Positions 11,317 to 25,859 of a stretch of 64,000 nt of DNA are shown one piece after another. The translations under genes were made by a program, and so were the position numbers. This DNA is from Scenedesmus sp. PABB004 (Eukaryota). The notes below the pieces were generated by a model. That model was not told the DNA's origin. It was given only the letters and a program-made list of their open reading frames with translations, and made no database searches. The DNA is taken from NCBI GenBank assembly GCA_014905635.1, contig JABVCE010000007.1, forward strand, positions 1,364,001-1,428,000, written 5' to 3'. Within the stretch, counting starts at the first letter, position 1. Each line of letters opens with the position of its first letter.

Positions 11317-12857
11317 TCACCCGCGTTGCCGCCAGTGCAGCTGCAGGTCCTGAAACTTGATCGCCTCGTTGCCCCAGCTCCACACGCCGCGCGCGAGCTC
11401 GCGCGCAAACAGCTCCGCGCACAGCGGCGGCGGCGCGCCCCCCTGCGCCTCCTCCTCCTCCCGCTGCGCCGCCGGCGCCGCGGCGAACGGCAGCAGCAGC
11501 TGCCACAGCTGCGGCTTGCGCGAGTGCTGGCCCGGCAAAGAAATGAGCACGTGGCGGTCCGGCGGCTGCGGCGGCTCTGCCTCGTCGTCGCCGCCGGCGC
11601 CAGGCGGGGCCTCGCCGCCGCTGGGCGGCAGGTGCTGCTGCTCCGGCACCTCGCCCTGCACCGGTCCCTCGCCTGCGGCCACGCGGCGCCGCAGCAGCCA
11701 GACCTGCTCGAAGGGGTGGCGGTGCAGGCTGCCCAGCGGGCTGACGGGCTCGCCGCTGTCCGTGACCTTGAGCCAGTGCCACGTCGCCACGCGCTCCAGG
11801 CCCCACGCGGGCAGGAGCTGCTCCGCCGCAAAGCGGTGCAGGCGCCGCCGGTTGGTCATCCACAGCGCCACCAGCGTGCCGCGGCCCTGCGGCGCGGCGG
11901 CGCGGCGCGGGGCGCCCAGGGTCGGCGGCGCGCGGTGTTGCTGCGCGCGCTGCCGCGGCGCCCCCCCCCCCCCCCCCCCCCCCGCGCGCGGCAGGGCCGC
12001 GGCCGCGGTCACCTGCGCGAGCATCTGCGCGACGGGCAGGTGCAGCAGGTGGTTGGGCGTGAGCGTCCCGTACGCGCCGCTGCGCCTCGCCGACGCGTTC
12101 TCCCATGGTGGGTCGACCACCAGCAGGCTGGCGCCGCCGGCGCTGCGCACGGCTGCGGCGCGGCGCCGCGCGGGCCGAAGGTCGGGCGGCGCGCCTCGGC
12201 CGGCGCCGGGCGCGGCGCGGCGGCGGCCGGCCGCCGGGCCGCACCCTGCGCAAAGGGCTGCACCGCCTTGACGTCTGACATCCAGAACGCGCTGCGCGGC
12301 GGCAGGAGCACGCGGCGGTCAAACGCACACGCGACGACTTCGGCCACCCCCGGGTTGGCCACGAGCGCGCCAAAGAGCCGCGTGTCGACGCTGCGCTGCT
12401 CGCCCGACGCGTCGACGTAGGTGAACGTGCAGCGCGGCTTGACCACGCGCTGCATCGCCGCCAGCGCGGGCCAGTCGGCGGCGGCGCCCGGCAGCGGCGG
12501 CGCGGCTGCTGGCTGCGCGCATGCCGGCGCGGCCGGCGCGGCCGCTGCGTCGCTCGCGTCGCCCAGCACGCTCAGCAGTGCCCGGTGCGCTGCCAGCACC
12601 GTCTGGATGTCCGCCTGCAGCGCCTGCTCCTCCTCGCTCGGCGGCGCCTGCGCCTGGCTGCTGCCGCTGCTGTCGCCGCGCCGCCGCTTCGCGCCCGCCG
12701 CGGCGGCGCGCTGGAACGGTTCTGCAAGCGCCCACTGCCCGGGGTGAGGCTCCCAGAGCGAGCAGCCGGCCGCGGCGAGGGCGCCCGCGTCGACCGCCGT
12801 CGCCGCGCCGCCCGGCAGCGGCCGCACCGGCGCATGCGGACCCACCAGCGCGTGCAT
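11317..12857 (-). CDS. METTL4: MT-A70 family N6-adenosine methyltransferase, METTL4-like (3 exons)
   Basis: LLPPRSAFWMSDV, catalytic VVDPPWENAS, LVALWMTNRRRL, WHWLKVT..GEPV, HSRKP, ELFAREL and WSWGNEAIKFQ are METTL4-clade signatures. Confidence 0.88.
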
Positions 12858-13120
12858 GGCGCGGTAGCTTGATCGCGTTGTGCGTCGCTGCGGCGCGGGC
12901 CGAGCCGACCGGGCGCCAGGTCTTGCGGCGCGCAGAGCCGCCGCTTTGAGGCACGTTCGAACGACCGCTGCCGCCAGTGCGCGCTCCGGCCAGCCCGCCC
13001 ATTCCGCCCGCGCCCTGATCCGGCGACACACGAGCCTGTGTCATACGCAGCTGCGCCACACGACCGCGACAGCCCCCAGCAGCACAGCAGCGGCGCCGGC
13101 GCTCGCCCGGCCGCGGCGCG

Positions 13121-15687
13121 ATGTCTGGCGCGCTGCTGAGCCCCTCCAAGCGCCAGCGCGTCGCTGCCGCGCCCGGGGGCTCGCCCCCGGCGCCGCAGTC
13201 GATGTCGGCCTCGCAGTTCCGCGAGGCGGCGGTCGCCTTCCTCACCGGCCGCCTGGTCGGCGCCGCGGGGCCGCAGGCCGACAGCCTGCGCCTGCGCCCG
13301 GCCCTGCAAAAGGTCGCCGACGACCTGAACAGCGTGCTGGACAACGCGGTGGCGCTCAAGCAGAACGCGTCGCTGCTGGTCGTGGGCGAGCCGGGGATCG
13401 GCAAGACCCTGGTGCGGCGGCGGCGCGCGGCGCCGCGGCGGTAGCGGCGGGATGGGCGGCGGCGCATGGCGCGTGCCGCGAGCGCTGCGCCCCGCGCGCA
13501 GGTGCTGGAGCGCGTCCTGCGCGCGACGCTGGCGGCGCACAACACGGAGCCCGGCAACCCGGCCGTCGGCGTCGTGCGCCTCAGCGGCGTGCTGCACTGC
13601 GAGGAGCGCGCGGCGTTCCAGGAGGTGGCGCACCAGCTCTGCAGGTGCGTGGCGCCGCCGCGTGGCAGCCGCCAGCCCGCGCCGCCCCGCGCGCGCCGAC
13701 GCGCCCCGCCCCACCCCGCCCCGCGCCGCCCGCGCAGCACGTTTTCCATTCCCTTCAGCCGCGGCGCGTCGCTGGACGACAACCTGAACTTCTTCAAGAC
13801 GGTGCTCGCGGAGCTGCAGCGGTGCGCGCCCGCGCCCGCGCGCCGTCGCCCCCGCCGCCACCAAGTTTCGGCGCCGCCGCCGCCGCGACCCCCCCCCCCC
13901 CCCACCCCACCCTCGTGGTCCTACCCCCTCCCGCGGCCGCCGCGGCGCGGTGCTTGCCGCGCGCAGCGCGTTCAAGACGGTCGTGTTTGTGGTGGACCAG
14001 GTCGAGGCGTTTGTGCGCGGCGCGAAGCAGACGCTGCTGTACAACCTGCTGGACGCGCTGCAGCACTCACAGGTCCAGGTGCGCCCGACGTGACGCGCGC
14101 GCCGCGCCCGCGCGCCGCGCCCGCCGTTGGCGCCGACCGGAGCGGCCGCCGGCGAGGCCCCGCGCCGCGCGGCCGACGCGGCGCCGCGCCCGCGGCCGCG
14201 CGGCGTGCAGGCGGTGGTGCTCGGCGTGTCGGCGTGCTTTGACGTGCAGGACCTGATGGAGAAGCGCGTGCGCAGCCGGTTCAGCAACCGCAAAATCTTC
14301 CTGCCGGGCCTCGCCGCGCACAAGGTGCGCTGCTGCTGCTGTCAGCGCAGCCAGCACCCAGCCCCCCCCCCCCGCCACGCCACGCACGCGCGGCGGGGCG
14401 GAGCCGGGGGCGACCGCCGCGGTGCCGCGCGAGGGCCGGCGCGGGCCGGGGCGGGCGCCGACCGACCAAACAGCGGCGGCGCGCGCGGCCGCAGGACGGC
14501 GACGACTCGCCCGGCGCGGTGCTGTGCAGCCTGCTGAAGCTGCCGGACAGCTTCCAGCCGGCCAACCGCACCAAGCAGCACAACGCCTGCGTGCACCGTG
14601 CGCTGGACACGCCCGCCGTCAAGGCGCGCGCGCGCCCGCGCGCCGCGCCGCGCCCGGCTGCGGCGTGCCCTCTGCCTGCGGCGGCGCTGACGCGACCGCG
14701 CCGCCGCCGCCGCCGCCCACGCAGGCCGTGCTGCAGGAGGTCTGCGCCGTGGGCGTGACGCCGCGCGAGCTCGTGGTGGCGTCGCTCAACGCGCTCGCCG
14801 CGTGGGACGCGTCCGGCGCGGCGTCGGCGCAGCAGCTGGGCCTGCAGCCGCCGCACGTGCAGACCGCGCTGCGCGGCCTGCTGGACTGCCACGACAGCAG
14901 GGTGCGCGCCGCGTGCGGGGGCGCGTGCGTGCGGGGGCGCGCCGTGCACCGCGCCGCCGCGCGGTGCCCACGCCGCGCCGCCGCACGCGGCTCGCGCGCA
15001 GGTGACGGCGCTGCTGGGGCTGTCGGTGCTGGAGCTGTGCATGCTCGTCGCGGCGCAGCGCCTCGAGGAGCGCGGCACGGCCGTGTTCAACTTCCAGGTG
15101 CGCGCGTCGCCCGCGCGGCGGCTGCGCGCGCACACCGCCGCCACGGCGTCCGCGCGTGCGCGAGCCCCGCGCGCGCCCACGTGAGCCCCGCGTGAGCCCC
15201 GCGCGCCCCGCGCTGGTGGTGTGGCCCTTCTCCCTCTCCCCTCCCGCAGATGGTGCTCGACGAGTTCATGCGCGTGCAGCAGGCGGCGCTGGGGCACCTG
15301 TGGAGCCGGGCCGCCGCGTGGCGCGCGTTCAGGGACGTGGTGGACCAGGGGTTCATCACCTTCACTGCGCCGCGGTGCGCTCGCGCGGGGCGGCGGCAGC
15401 CGGGGGCCCGCGGGCGGCGGGCAGCGCGCGCGGCGCGCGCCGCGCGCGCTGCGTCGGCGGGCCGCGGCGGCGGGCCGCGGCGCCTGCGCCCACCCGCGCT
15501 CACGGCCGCTCGCCTCCCGCGCCGCGCGCGCAGGCCGGGGAGCAGGGGGCTGATGCAGCGCTTCCTGCCGGCGCAGCTGCGCGTGGCAAAGTCGGAGCTC
15601 GCGCGCGGCCTCGACGCGCACGCGCACTGCCCCGACTTCCTGGCGCGCTGGGCGCGCGGCGACGGCGTGGGCGGGCTGGCGCTGTGA
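13121..15687 (+). CDS. ORC4: Origin recognition complex subunit 4 (multi-exon)
   Basis: NASLLVVGEPGIGKT (Walker A), VRLSGVLH..E..AFQEVAHQL, KQTLLYNLLD, LMEKRVRSRFSNRKI (arginine finger), and the winged-helix region LLGLSVLELCML...FNFQMVLDEF. Confidence 0.95.
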
Positions 15688-15917
15688 CGCGGGGCGGCAG
15701 CGCGCGCCGAGCGGGGCGCGCGCGACGGCGGCGGCGGCAGCGGCAGCGGCGGCCGGCCGCTCGCGTGGCAAGTGTGCGAGGAGCGCGTCCGCCATGCAAT
15801 CGCGGCAGGACAACGCGACCGCCCGGCCCCCGCCCGCACGCCTGCCCCGCCGGCAGCAGTAATGCGGCCCTCCGCCGCTCGGCCCGCCCTCCCAGCGGCA
15901 CGAGTCGCGACGCAACC

Positions 15918-18645
<2,728 letters not shown>

Positions 18646-19084
18646 GGCCGCCGCGGCGGCAGCGCACGGCCGCGTGGGCCCGACGGGGCACGGCGGGCGC
18701 GGCGGCGGCTCGCATTGGCGCCGCCGCGCGCGCCCGCCCGGCGGCGCGGCGTGATCCCACGCGCCAGGGGCGGTGGCGGGTTGCCGCACTCGGCCGGCGG
18801 CAGCGCGCGCACGCGTGCGGCCGACGATCGCCGCGCGGCTCGGGCAGGCGGCCTCGCGCCCGCTGGCTGCGGCGTGCGGCCTGGCCCCGCTGCCGGCGCG
18901 GGTTTGGCGGGGGGCGTTGGGAGGGGCGGGGGTCTGGTTTACGTCCAGCGTTCGTTCGTGGGCAGCAGGTGTCGTGTGCTCTGAGGAGGCTGCGGCCTCG
19001 TCGTCCAAGGCGTGTGTACAGCAGTGGCGCGGCGGCGCAGCGGCGCGCTCTCGGTGGGCTGCGCGGCGCGGCGGTGCTGGCGGT

Positions 19085-21414
19085 GAGGCGCGGGTATTGC
19101 TTCGCGCCAGCGCCGCGGCGCGGCCGTGGCGGTCATCGCTCGAAACGCGTCCAGCGGCGGCTCAGCGAGCGCCCTGGGTTCGCGCGCGGGCCCCATCCTG
19201 TGTTGGTGACCACTGCGCACACCCGCACCAGGCAGCGCCCTGCGCCCGTGCGTGGACGCTCCCGCGCACCGCACGCGACAGAGCAGCAGCAGCGCTCGCC
19301 GCCCGCGCCGCCGCGCCGGGCTGCGCCACGTCGCGGTCGGCTCTGTCCGCCATGGCTACATGCGCGCGCCACACGCCAGCAGTGAGCGGGGCGGGCCAGG
19401 GCGCGCTGCGGCGTCGCCCGCTGCTGCCGCGGGCCGCCGCGCCCCCTGCAGTGGCAGTGGCGCGCGGCGGGCGGCGATCCGGGGCCCTGAGGGGGCTGCA
19501 CGTGCGCCCGAGCTCCCGCACCAGCGCCCTGCCAGCACAGCCGCGGCGGCAGGCGGCAGCGATTGAGCAGCGGCGGGCGCTGCCGCCTGCGGCGCCTGCC
19601 CCCCGCGCGTGCTCACCGCGGCCGCCCTGATGCACGCCTGCGCCCCGCCGCCCGTGCTCTGCAGGCCAGCGCCGACGGTGGCGGCGCACACGAGGCGGGC
19701 GGGCTGCCGCCGGAGCTGTGGGTATGTGTGCTGGCGGAGCTGCCCCTGGCGGAGCGCCTGGGCGCCGCCGCGCTGGTGTGCAGCACGTGGCGCGCCGCCG
19801 CAGACGCCGCCACGACCAGCATCGAGGTCAAGCCCACTGATCTGGTCGGCCTGTCAGCGTGGCTGCCAGGTCGCGCCGGGCAGCTCACGCGGTTGAGCGT
19901 GGGCCCGGGCCCCGCCCCGGGACCCCCCGACGAGCGCCCCGCCCTCGCCCTTCGACGCCTGGCGCGGCTGGAGGAGCTGCAGCTGGACTGGCTGAAGCTG
20001 GAAACGCCGGATGGCGGCGGCCTGGCGCCGCTGGCGGGCCGGCTGAGCAGCCTGGTGCTGAGGTGCTTCCTGCCGGCGCCGGAGCTGGAGTCGCTGGGGG
20101 CGCTGAGCAGCCTGCGGTGCCTGGAGCTGGCCGGCATGTGGGGCGAGGCAGCGGCGGTCGTGGGCGCGGCGCTGGATGAGCTCACGCAGCTCACGCGCCT
20201 GAAGCTGGAGGAAACGCGCGTCCTGCCCGACGCGGCCGTCGCGCCCATCAGCGGGCTCGCGCAGCTGCGGGAGCTGGAGCTCATCGGGCACCAACCAGTG
20301 GATCTCCCAGGGCACCCGGAGTTTGCTGTGGCCGTGCCCGACCTGCCGGCCAGCCTCACATTTCTGCAAGCAAAGGATGTGCAGCTGCCGGCGGGCGCGC
20401 TGGCTGCGTGCGCGGGCCTGCGCGAGCTGTCCTTGAAGCGCGCTGACAACGACGACGCCGCCGCGCTGCTGCGTGCGGTGGGCGCGTGCACTGCTCTGAG
20501 CGCGCTGAGCATGCGTAGCATGGACTGCATGCCCCTGCCGGCTGCCGCCTGCGGGCACCTGGCGGCGCTGAGCGGCCAGCTCGTCAGGATGGCGCTGCTT
20601 GGCGGACAGAACCGCTGAGCTGTGGCGGCGTCCGGCGCCGGGGCGCAGATGTTCCCCGCTGGCCGGAAGTGGTCGCGCCTCGAGCACCTTGAGCTTGGTT
20701 GGTTTCAACATGCCGCCGGGGGGTGCGGACGCCGACGCAGACGCGCTGCGCGCCGCGTGCCAGGCCGACGGACAACCTGGTTGCCGCTTGCCCTGGGCTG
20801 CAGAGTCTGTGCCTGCAATATGCCGGCAGGCTGCGTGGCGGGAGCGCCTCCGTGCGCGGGCTGCGCGCGCTCACCCGCCTCACGCGCCTGGAGTTCAGCG
20901 TGTACGGCAACGCGCTCCGCATGCGGGACGACGACCTGCGGACCGTGCTGGCCCCGCTCACGTCGCTGGAGGCGCTCCTCGTCTCGGCGGACGACCTGAC
21001 CTACCGCGGCGTGCTGCACCTCACCGCGCTGCGCGCGCTGCGCAAGCTGCAGGTCTTGGGCAAGATCTTTGGAGCCAGCGGCGAGGAGGTGACCAGCATC
21101 GAAGTCAACAACAAGGTGATGCCTTGCGCCGGTGGGGGTGCTCCTCTGCGCTCGCCAGCGCTCACCCCGCGGCACTGCTCACCACGCCCGCCCGCGCCGC
21201 GCCGCAGGCCCCCGCCGGCTGCGCGCCCGACGTGTGGCTGCAGCTGCAGGACGTGTGCGCAGAGCGGAGCGCAGAGTGCGCGAAGCTGGTGCAGCGCGCC
21301 GAGGCGGCGGAGTAGCGTGCTGCGGAAGCGGCAGCACGCACGGCGGCGGAGCGTGCGGCGGGGCGGCAGCTGGCGGCGGCACAGGCGGAGCCCGCGGCGC
21401 TGAGGGCAGAGCTC
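19085..21414 (+). repeat. ~2.3-kb duplicated cassette, copy A (inverted copy B at ~48843-51602)
   Basis: Homology starts at gaggcgcgggtattgcttcgcgcc and ends at ...gctgagggcagagctc. It covers upstream non-coding DNA, both introns and the 3' flank. Ends are approximate. Confidence 0.9.
19352..21315 (+). pseudogene. F-box-like/LRR protein gene, copy A, disrupted
   Basis: F-box-like LPPELWVCVLAELPLAERLGAAALVCSTWR followed by LxxLxxLxL repeats. Relative to copy B it has an in-frame TGA at 20616-20618, a ttgg duplication near 20695-20702 and a 2-nt deletion near 20770. Start codon is uncertain. Confidence 0.75.
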
Positions 21415-21808
21415 TTGTGCGTGTGTGGGGGGCGCAGTGAGCTGGAGCTGGCCAGTGCCTGCAGGATCCCCAGTTGCGGCTCGCTCAGAGCCCTGCGTGC
21501 GACAGAGGACGGTTGCACCAGCACCGCTGGCTCCCCGTGCCAGCGCTTCCGCGCGCACCGCAGCCCGCCGCGCAGGGCAGCAGCCTCGTACGCCGATCCA
21601 CGTGCATGCGTGAGGGGTTGCCGGCCCGCGGGCCAACTCGGCCCTCAGACGCGGCCCGGCCCGCAGTACGCTCTCTCGCCACGCTCGGACGGGCGCGGCG
21701 CCACAAGGTGGGCGCGCGGGTCCCTTCATTGCGCGCCGCTGCGCAGCGCTGCCGCGGAACAAACACGAAATGCTGCTACTGCCGTGAGGAAAAAAGCTGG
21801 CGGCGCGC

Positions 21809-23009
21809 TCACGAGGTGAGGGGGCGGTACCTGTAGCCGAGGCGGTGCAGCAGCGGCAGGTGGTGCTCGCCCAGGCGTGCGGCGAAGCAGGGCCAGTCCT
21901 TGACCGCCACGGGTGTCCTGCGCGCGACGCGGGTGCGCGGGCGCGCCGGCGGGGCGGGGGCTTGTAGGCGCAAGGCCGCGGCGGCGGGCACGGGTGCGGG
22001 CGCGGCCCCGCCCGCGCCCCGCGCACCACACGGCCTCCGCGAGCGCGCAGAGGCGCGGCAGCAGCATGTACTCCGCAGTCTCCTCGTCCTGCACGTACTC
22101 GCACCACAGGTTGGCCTGGCTGCCCAGCACGCGCGCCGCCTCGGCCTCCGACAGCACCGCGCCGCCGCCGGGCGCGCGCGGCGCGTCCGCCGCGAGCAGC
22201 AGGTCCGCGCCCGGCGGCTCGCCAGGGAAGTGCGGGCCCGCGGCGGCGGCGGCGGCGGCGGCGGCGGTCGCGGCGGCCGCGGCGCGCGGCGCGCCGCTGC
22301 CGATCTCCCCCGCGCCGCGCGCCGCCGCGGCCGCGACCTCCAGCTCCCCCATCACCGCGTCGCCGCCGCCGCCGAGGCTGCCGCCGCCGCAGCCGCCGCC
22401 GTCGCTCATCGCCGAGCCGCCGCCGCCGCTGCCGGCGCTGCCGGCGCGGCCGAGCTGCGCCGCGCCGCCGCCGGGCCCCGCGCCGCTGCCGCCCGCGTGG
22501 TACGCGGGGTCGGCCAGGGGCTGCGGGATGGGGTCGAAGCCATACACCACGTCCAGCGGGAGGCACGCGTACCACGCGCCCGGCTCCACGGGGCTGCGCG
22601 GCGCGCGGCGCGCGGCGCGCGGCTGGGGCGAGCACGCAGCGCCGGGGCTCCCCGCCTGCGCCGCCGGCGGCCGGGCGGGCACACGCGAGGCGGCGGCGGC
22701 GGCGCGCACCTGGGGGCCTGGCGGTAGTCAAAGTAGCAGTGGCTGGTCGGCGTCATGATGACGTCATGCCCGCGCTTGGCCGCGATGACGCCGCCGACGT
22801 TGCCCTGCGCCGCGGCAGGGCAGCGCGCTCGGCGGCGCGCGCGCGCCGGCGGCGGCGGCGGCGGCGGCGCAGTGCGTGCGCGCGCGCGCGCCGCCCGCCG
22901 GCGCACCCGCCAGCTCATCACGGTCGCGCCCTCGGCGAGGCCGCCCTCCAGGATCTCGTCCCAACCTGGCGGTCGGGCAAGCGCCAGCGGCAAAGGGGGC
23001 ATGGCGGCA

Positions 23010-23047
<38 letters not shown>

Positions 23048-25051
23048 GGAGCCAGCAGCTCGCAGAGCGCGGCGGGCAGCGGGGCAGCGAGGCGGCGCAC
23101 CGCGCGGCGGCGCAGCGCCGCGCCGCGCCGCACCGATCAGCCGCCGCCCGCGCGCGGCCAGCAGCTTGCTCACGCGGCGCACAAACCAGCTCTGCAGCTC
23201 CCCCTCGCTGGCGAGGCCCTCCTGCTCGGCGCGGGCGGCGGCGGCCGCGTTCGGCGCGCCGGCGGCCGCGCTGCAGCGGCCCCGTGCGCCGGCACGCGCG
23301 CGAGAGCGCGCGCTCGCTGCGCCAGCGCCCCCACGCCGTCCGCGCGCCCACCTGCTGCATGCGCGCCTGGCAGCGCTCGCACGCCTCCCAGCGGACCTTT
23401 GGCACCTCGTCGCCGCCGATGTGGACGTATGGCCCCGGAAACTGCGCGGCGACCTGGTCAAACACGGTGCCCAAAAAGTCAAACACCTTGTCGTTGCCCT
23501 GCCGGGGTGAGGCGAGGGATGGGCGGGGCGGGGCGTCGGCCGCGGCGGGCAGGCGCGCGCGCGCGCGCTGCCCGCCGCCGGCACAGCGGCGGCGGCGGCG
23601 GCGGCGCCAGGCCAAGTCCCGGCGGCGCACCGCGCAGTACACGTCTTCGTGGATGCCCCAGTGCGTGGACACCGCGTCGACATCGCCCGTGCCTGCGGCG
23701 CAGCGCGCAGCGCGGCGAGCTCGCGCGCGCGCTGCGAGCGCGCCGCGCGCGGGGCGTTGCCGCGCCCGGGCGGGCGCGCCGCGCGCGCGGCTCACAGGAG
23801 AGGTGCGGGTAGGCGGCCAGGGCTGCGCAGCAGTGCCCCGGCAGCTCCACCTCCGGCACGACCTCGATGCAGCGCGCCGCCGCATACGCGACCACAGTCG
23901 CCACGTCGCCGGGGCTGTAGCAGCCGCCGTGCCGCACCGCGGCGCTCGGCGCGGCGCGGCCGCAGATGCTGGCCGCGGCGGCCGCCGCCGCGTCGGCGGC
24001 CGCCTCCGGACGCTGCGGGCGCCCGCCGCCGCCGGGCGCCTGCCGCGGCGCCGGCTCGGCGTCGGGCCCGGGATCGCCCGGCCCCAGCTGCGCGCCGCTG
24101 CCGCCGTCCTCCGTCTGCCCGCTCGCGGCGGTGCTGCTGCTGCTGTTGCTGTCGGCCGCGGTCTCCGGGGCGCCGCGCCACGCGCCGACCTCCGCGAGGC
24201 GCGGCAGCGCGGGCACCTCCAGCCGCCAGCCCTGCGGGCGCGGGCGGGCGCGGGCGTGCTCACGTGGGCGCCGAGCGCAGCCGCCGCGTCGCCTCGCCCG
24301 CCACGCGCGCAACCAGCGCCCGGCAGCCGCCCAACCGCCGCCGGGTGCCGTGCCTGGTCCTCGGTGAGGTGCCAGTGGAACCTGTTCATCTTATGGAGGG
24401 CCATGAGGTCCAGCAGCTTGAGCACAAAGGGAACGCCAAAGAAGTGGCGCCCCGCGTCGAGCAGGACGCCGCGCCACACAAAGCGCGGCGCATCCACCAC
24501 CTGCGCGCGGCGGCGAAGCGGCGGTGGGCGGGCCGCGGCGCGCCGCCGGACCGGCAGGCCGCCCGGGCCGCCGCGGGCGCCGCGGGCGCGCGCGCGATCA
24601 GCGGCGCCGCTCGCAGCCGCCGCCCTGCCCGCACCCGCGTGTGCGGCAGCGCGAGCCCGCCGCACGGCGTGCCGTGCGCCTGCAGGACCTGCAGGAGCGT
24701 CGAGCAGCCCCAGAAGACGCCCGTGGGCGTGAGGGCGGTGATGGTCACGCCCTCGGGGCCCGCCGTGAGCTCGTAGCCCTCGTCGCGCCAGCGGAAGGCG
24801 GCGAGCGCTGGCAGCTCGTCTGCGAGGGCCAGCCTGATGCCCGGCACGCCCGGATCAGCGATTCCGGAATCCACGATCACCGCCTCGACGCCGAAGCGAT
24901 CCCGCAGGGCCTCCCGCAGCAGCGCGGCCTTGGCGCGCAGGCCATCGCCGCCGCCGGCGCACTGCACCGCGGGGCAGCGCGGCAGCTCCACGCGCTGCGG
25001 CCCCACGAACTCCACCACCGCCGGGTGCGGGATCACCGGCAGCCGCGCCAT
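21809..25051 (-). CDS. GH20 beta-N-acetylhexosaminidase, bacterial type, multi-exon
   Basis: MARLPVIPHP, DEGYEL, DAPRFVWRGVLLDAGRHFF, NRFHWHLTEDQGWRLEV, VVPEVELPGH, catalytic HIGGDEV, IGWDEILEGG, VMSWRG, CYFDYRQ, GSQANLWCEY and YMLLPRLCALAEAVW. Confidence 0.95.
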
Positions 25052-25229
25052 TCGCGCGTTTCCGCTAGGCCATTCGCGCGCCGCCGCTGCTGCTGCGCGC
25101 GCCGACGGTCGCTGCGACGGCGGGCTGCCCAGGCGGCGTGTGAGCGACCGGCGATCGACTTCACGCGCAGCCGCAGCGTAACAGGCCGCCGCTGGGCGGT
25201 TCAGTAGTTGCGGCCGTCGGCGGTTGAGG

Positions 25230-25234
25230 TTACA
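25230..25234 (-). promoter_or_regulatory. Putative TGTAA polyadenylation signal of the epimerase-like gene
   Basis: ttaca on the + strand, about 20 nt downstream of the stop at 25253. Confidence 0.4.
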
Positions 25235-25252
25235 CGCGCGGGGCGTGAGCCG

Positions 25253-25816
25253 TCACTCCCAGTTGAACGGCACGTCGGGGCCGCCGCCGAGCCGGCTGCG
25301 CGCGATGCCCTCCACAGCGGTCGCGTCGGGCAGGCCGTCGTCGTCGTCCGCGTCGTCCGCCCGGGGTGCGAGCGCCGGCATCGGCTGCGGGCCGTCGCGG
25401 TCAAAGATGGGCGGGTCCCAGTAGCGCGGGTGCCAGCGGATCACAAACTCGCCCTTCCACGTCTCCCCGGGCGGCAGCCTGGCGACGGCGGCGGCGCGGC
25501 GGGCGCGGCGGCGAGCTTGGCGCGAGCGCGCGCGCGCGCCCCGCCGCGCGCAAGCGCCCCCGCCGTGCGCGGCGCTCACTTCTTGGGCAGCGCGAGCCGG
25601 CCCGCGCCGACCTGGGCGAAGCGGCGCGGCTCGACCTCGAGCCCCGGCAGGCCGAGCGCGCCGGGGTGCCACAGCACGTGGTCGGGCAGGCCCTCGCGCG
25701 CGAGCAGCTCAAAGTGCGTGCGGCTGCCGGGGCAGAACGACACGTCCGCGTCGTGGCTGCCGACGTACACCGCCTCGCGCCGCACGCCTGCGCGGCGCGC
25801 CGCGTTGCGCATTTCA

Positions 25817-25859
<43 letters not shown>

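Noticed and set aside
20616..20618. In-frame TGA as selenocysteine or programmed readthrough
   Set aside because: It aligns to Ile rather than Cys in copy B and is followed by two frameshifts, so decay is the simpler explanation.
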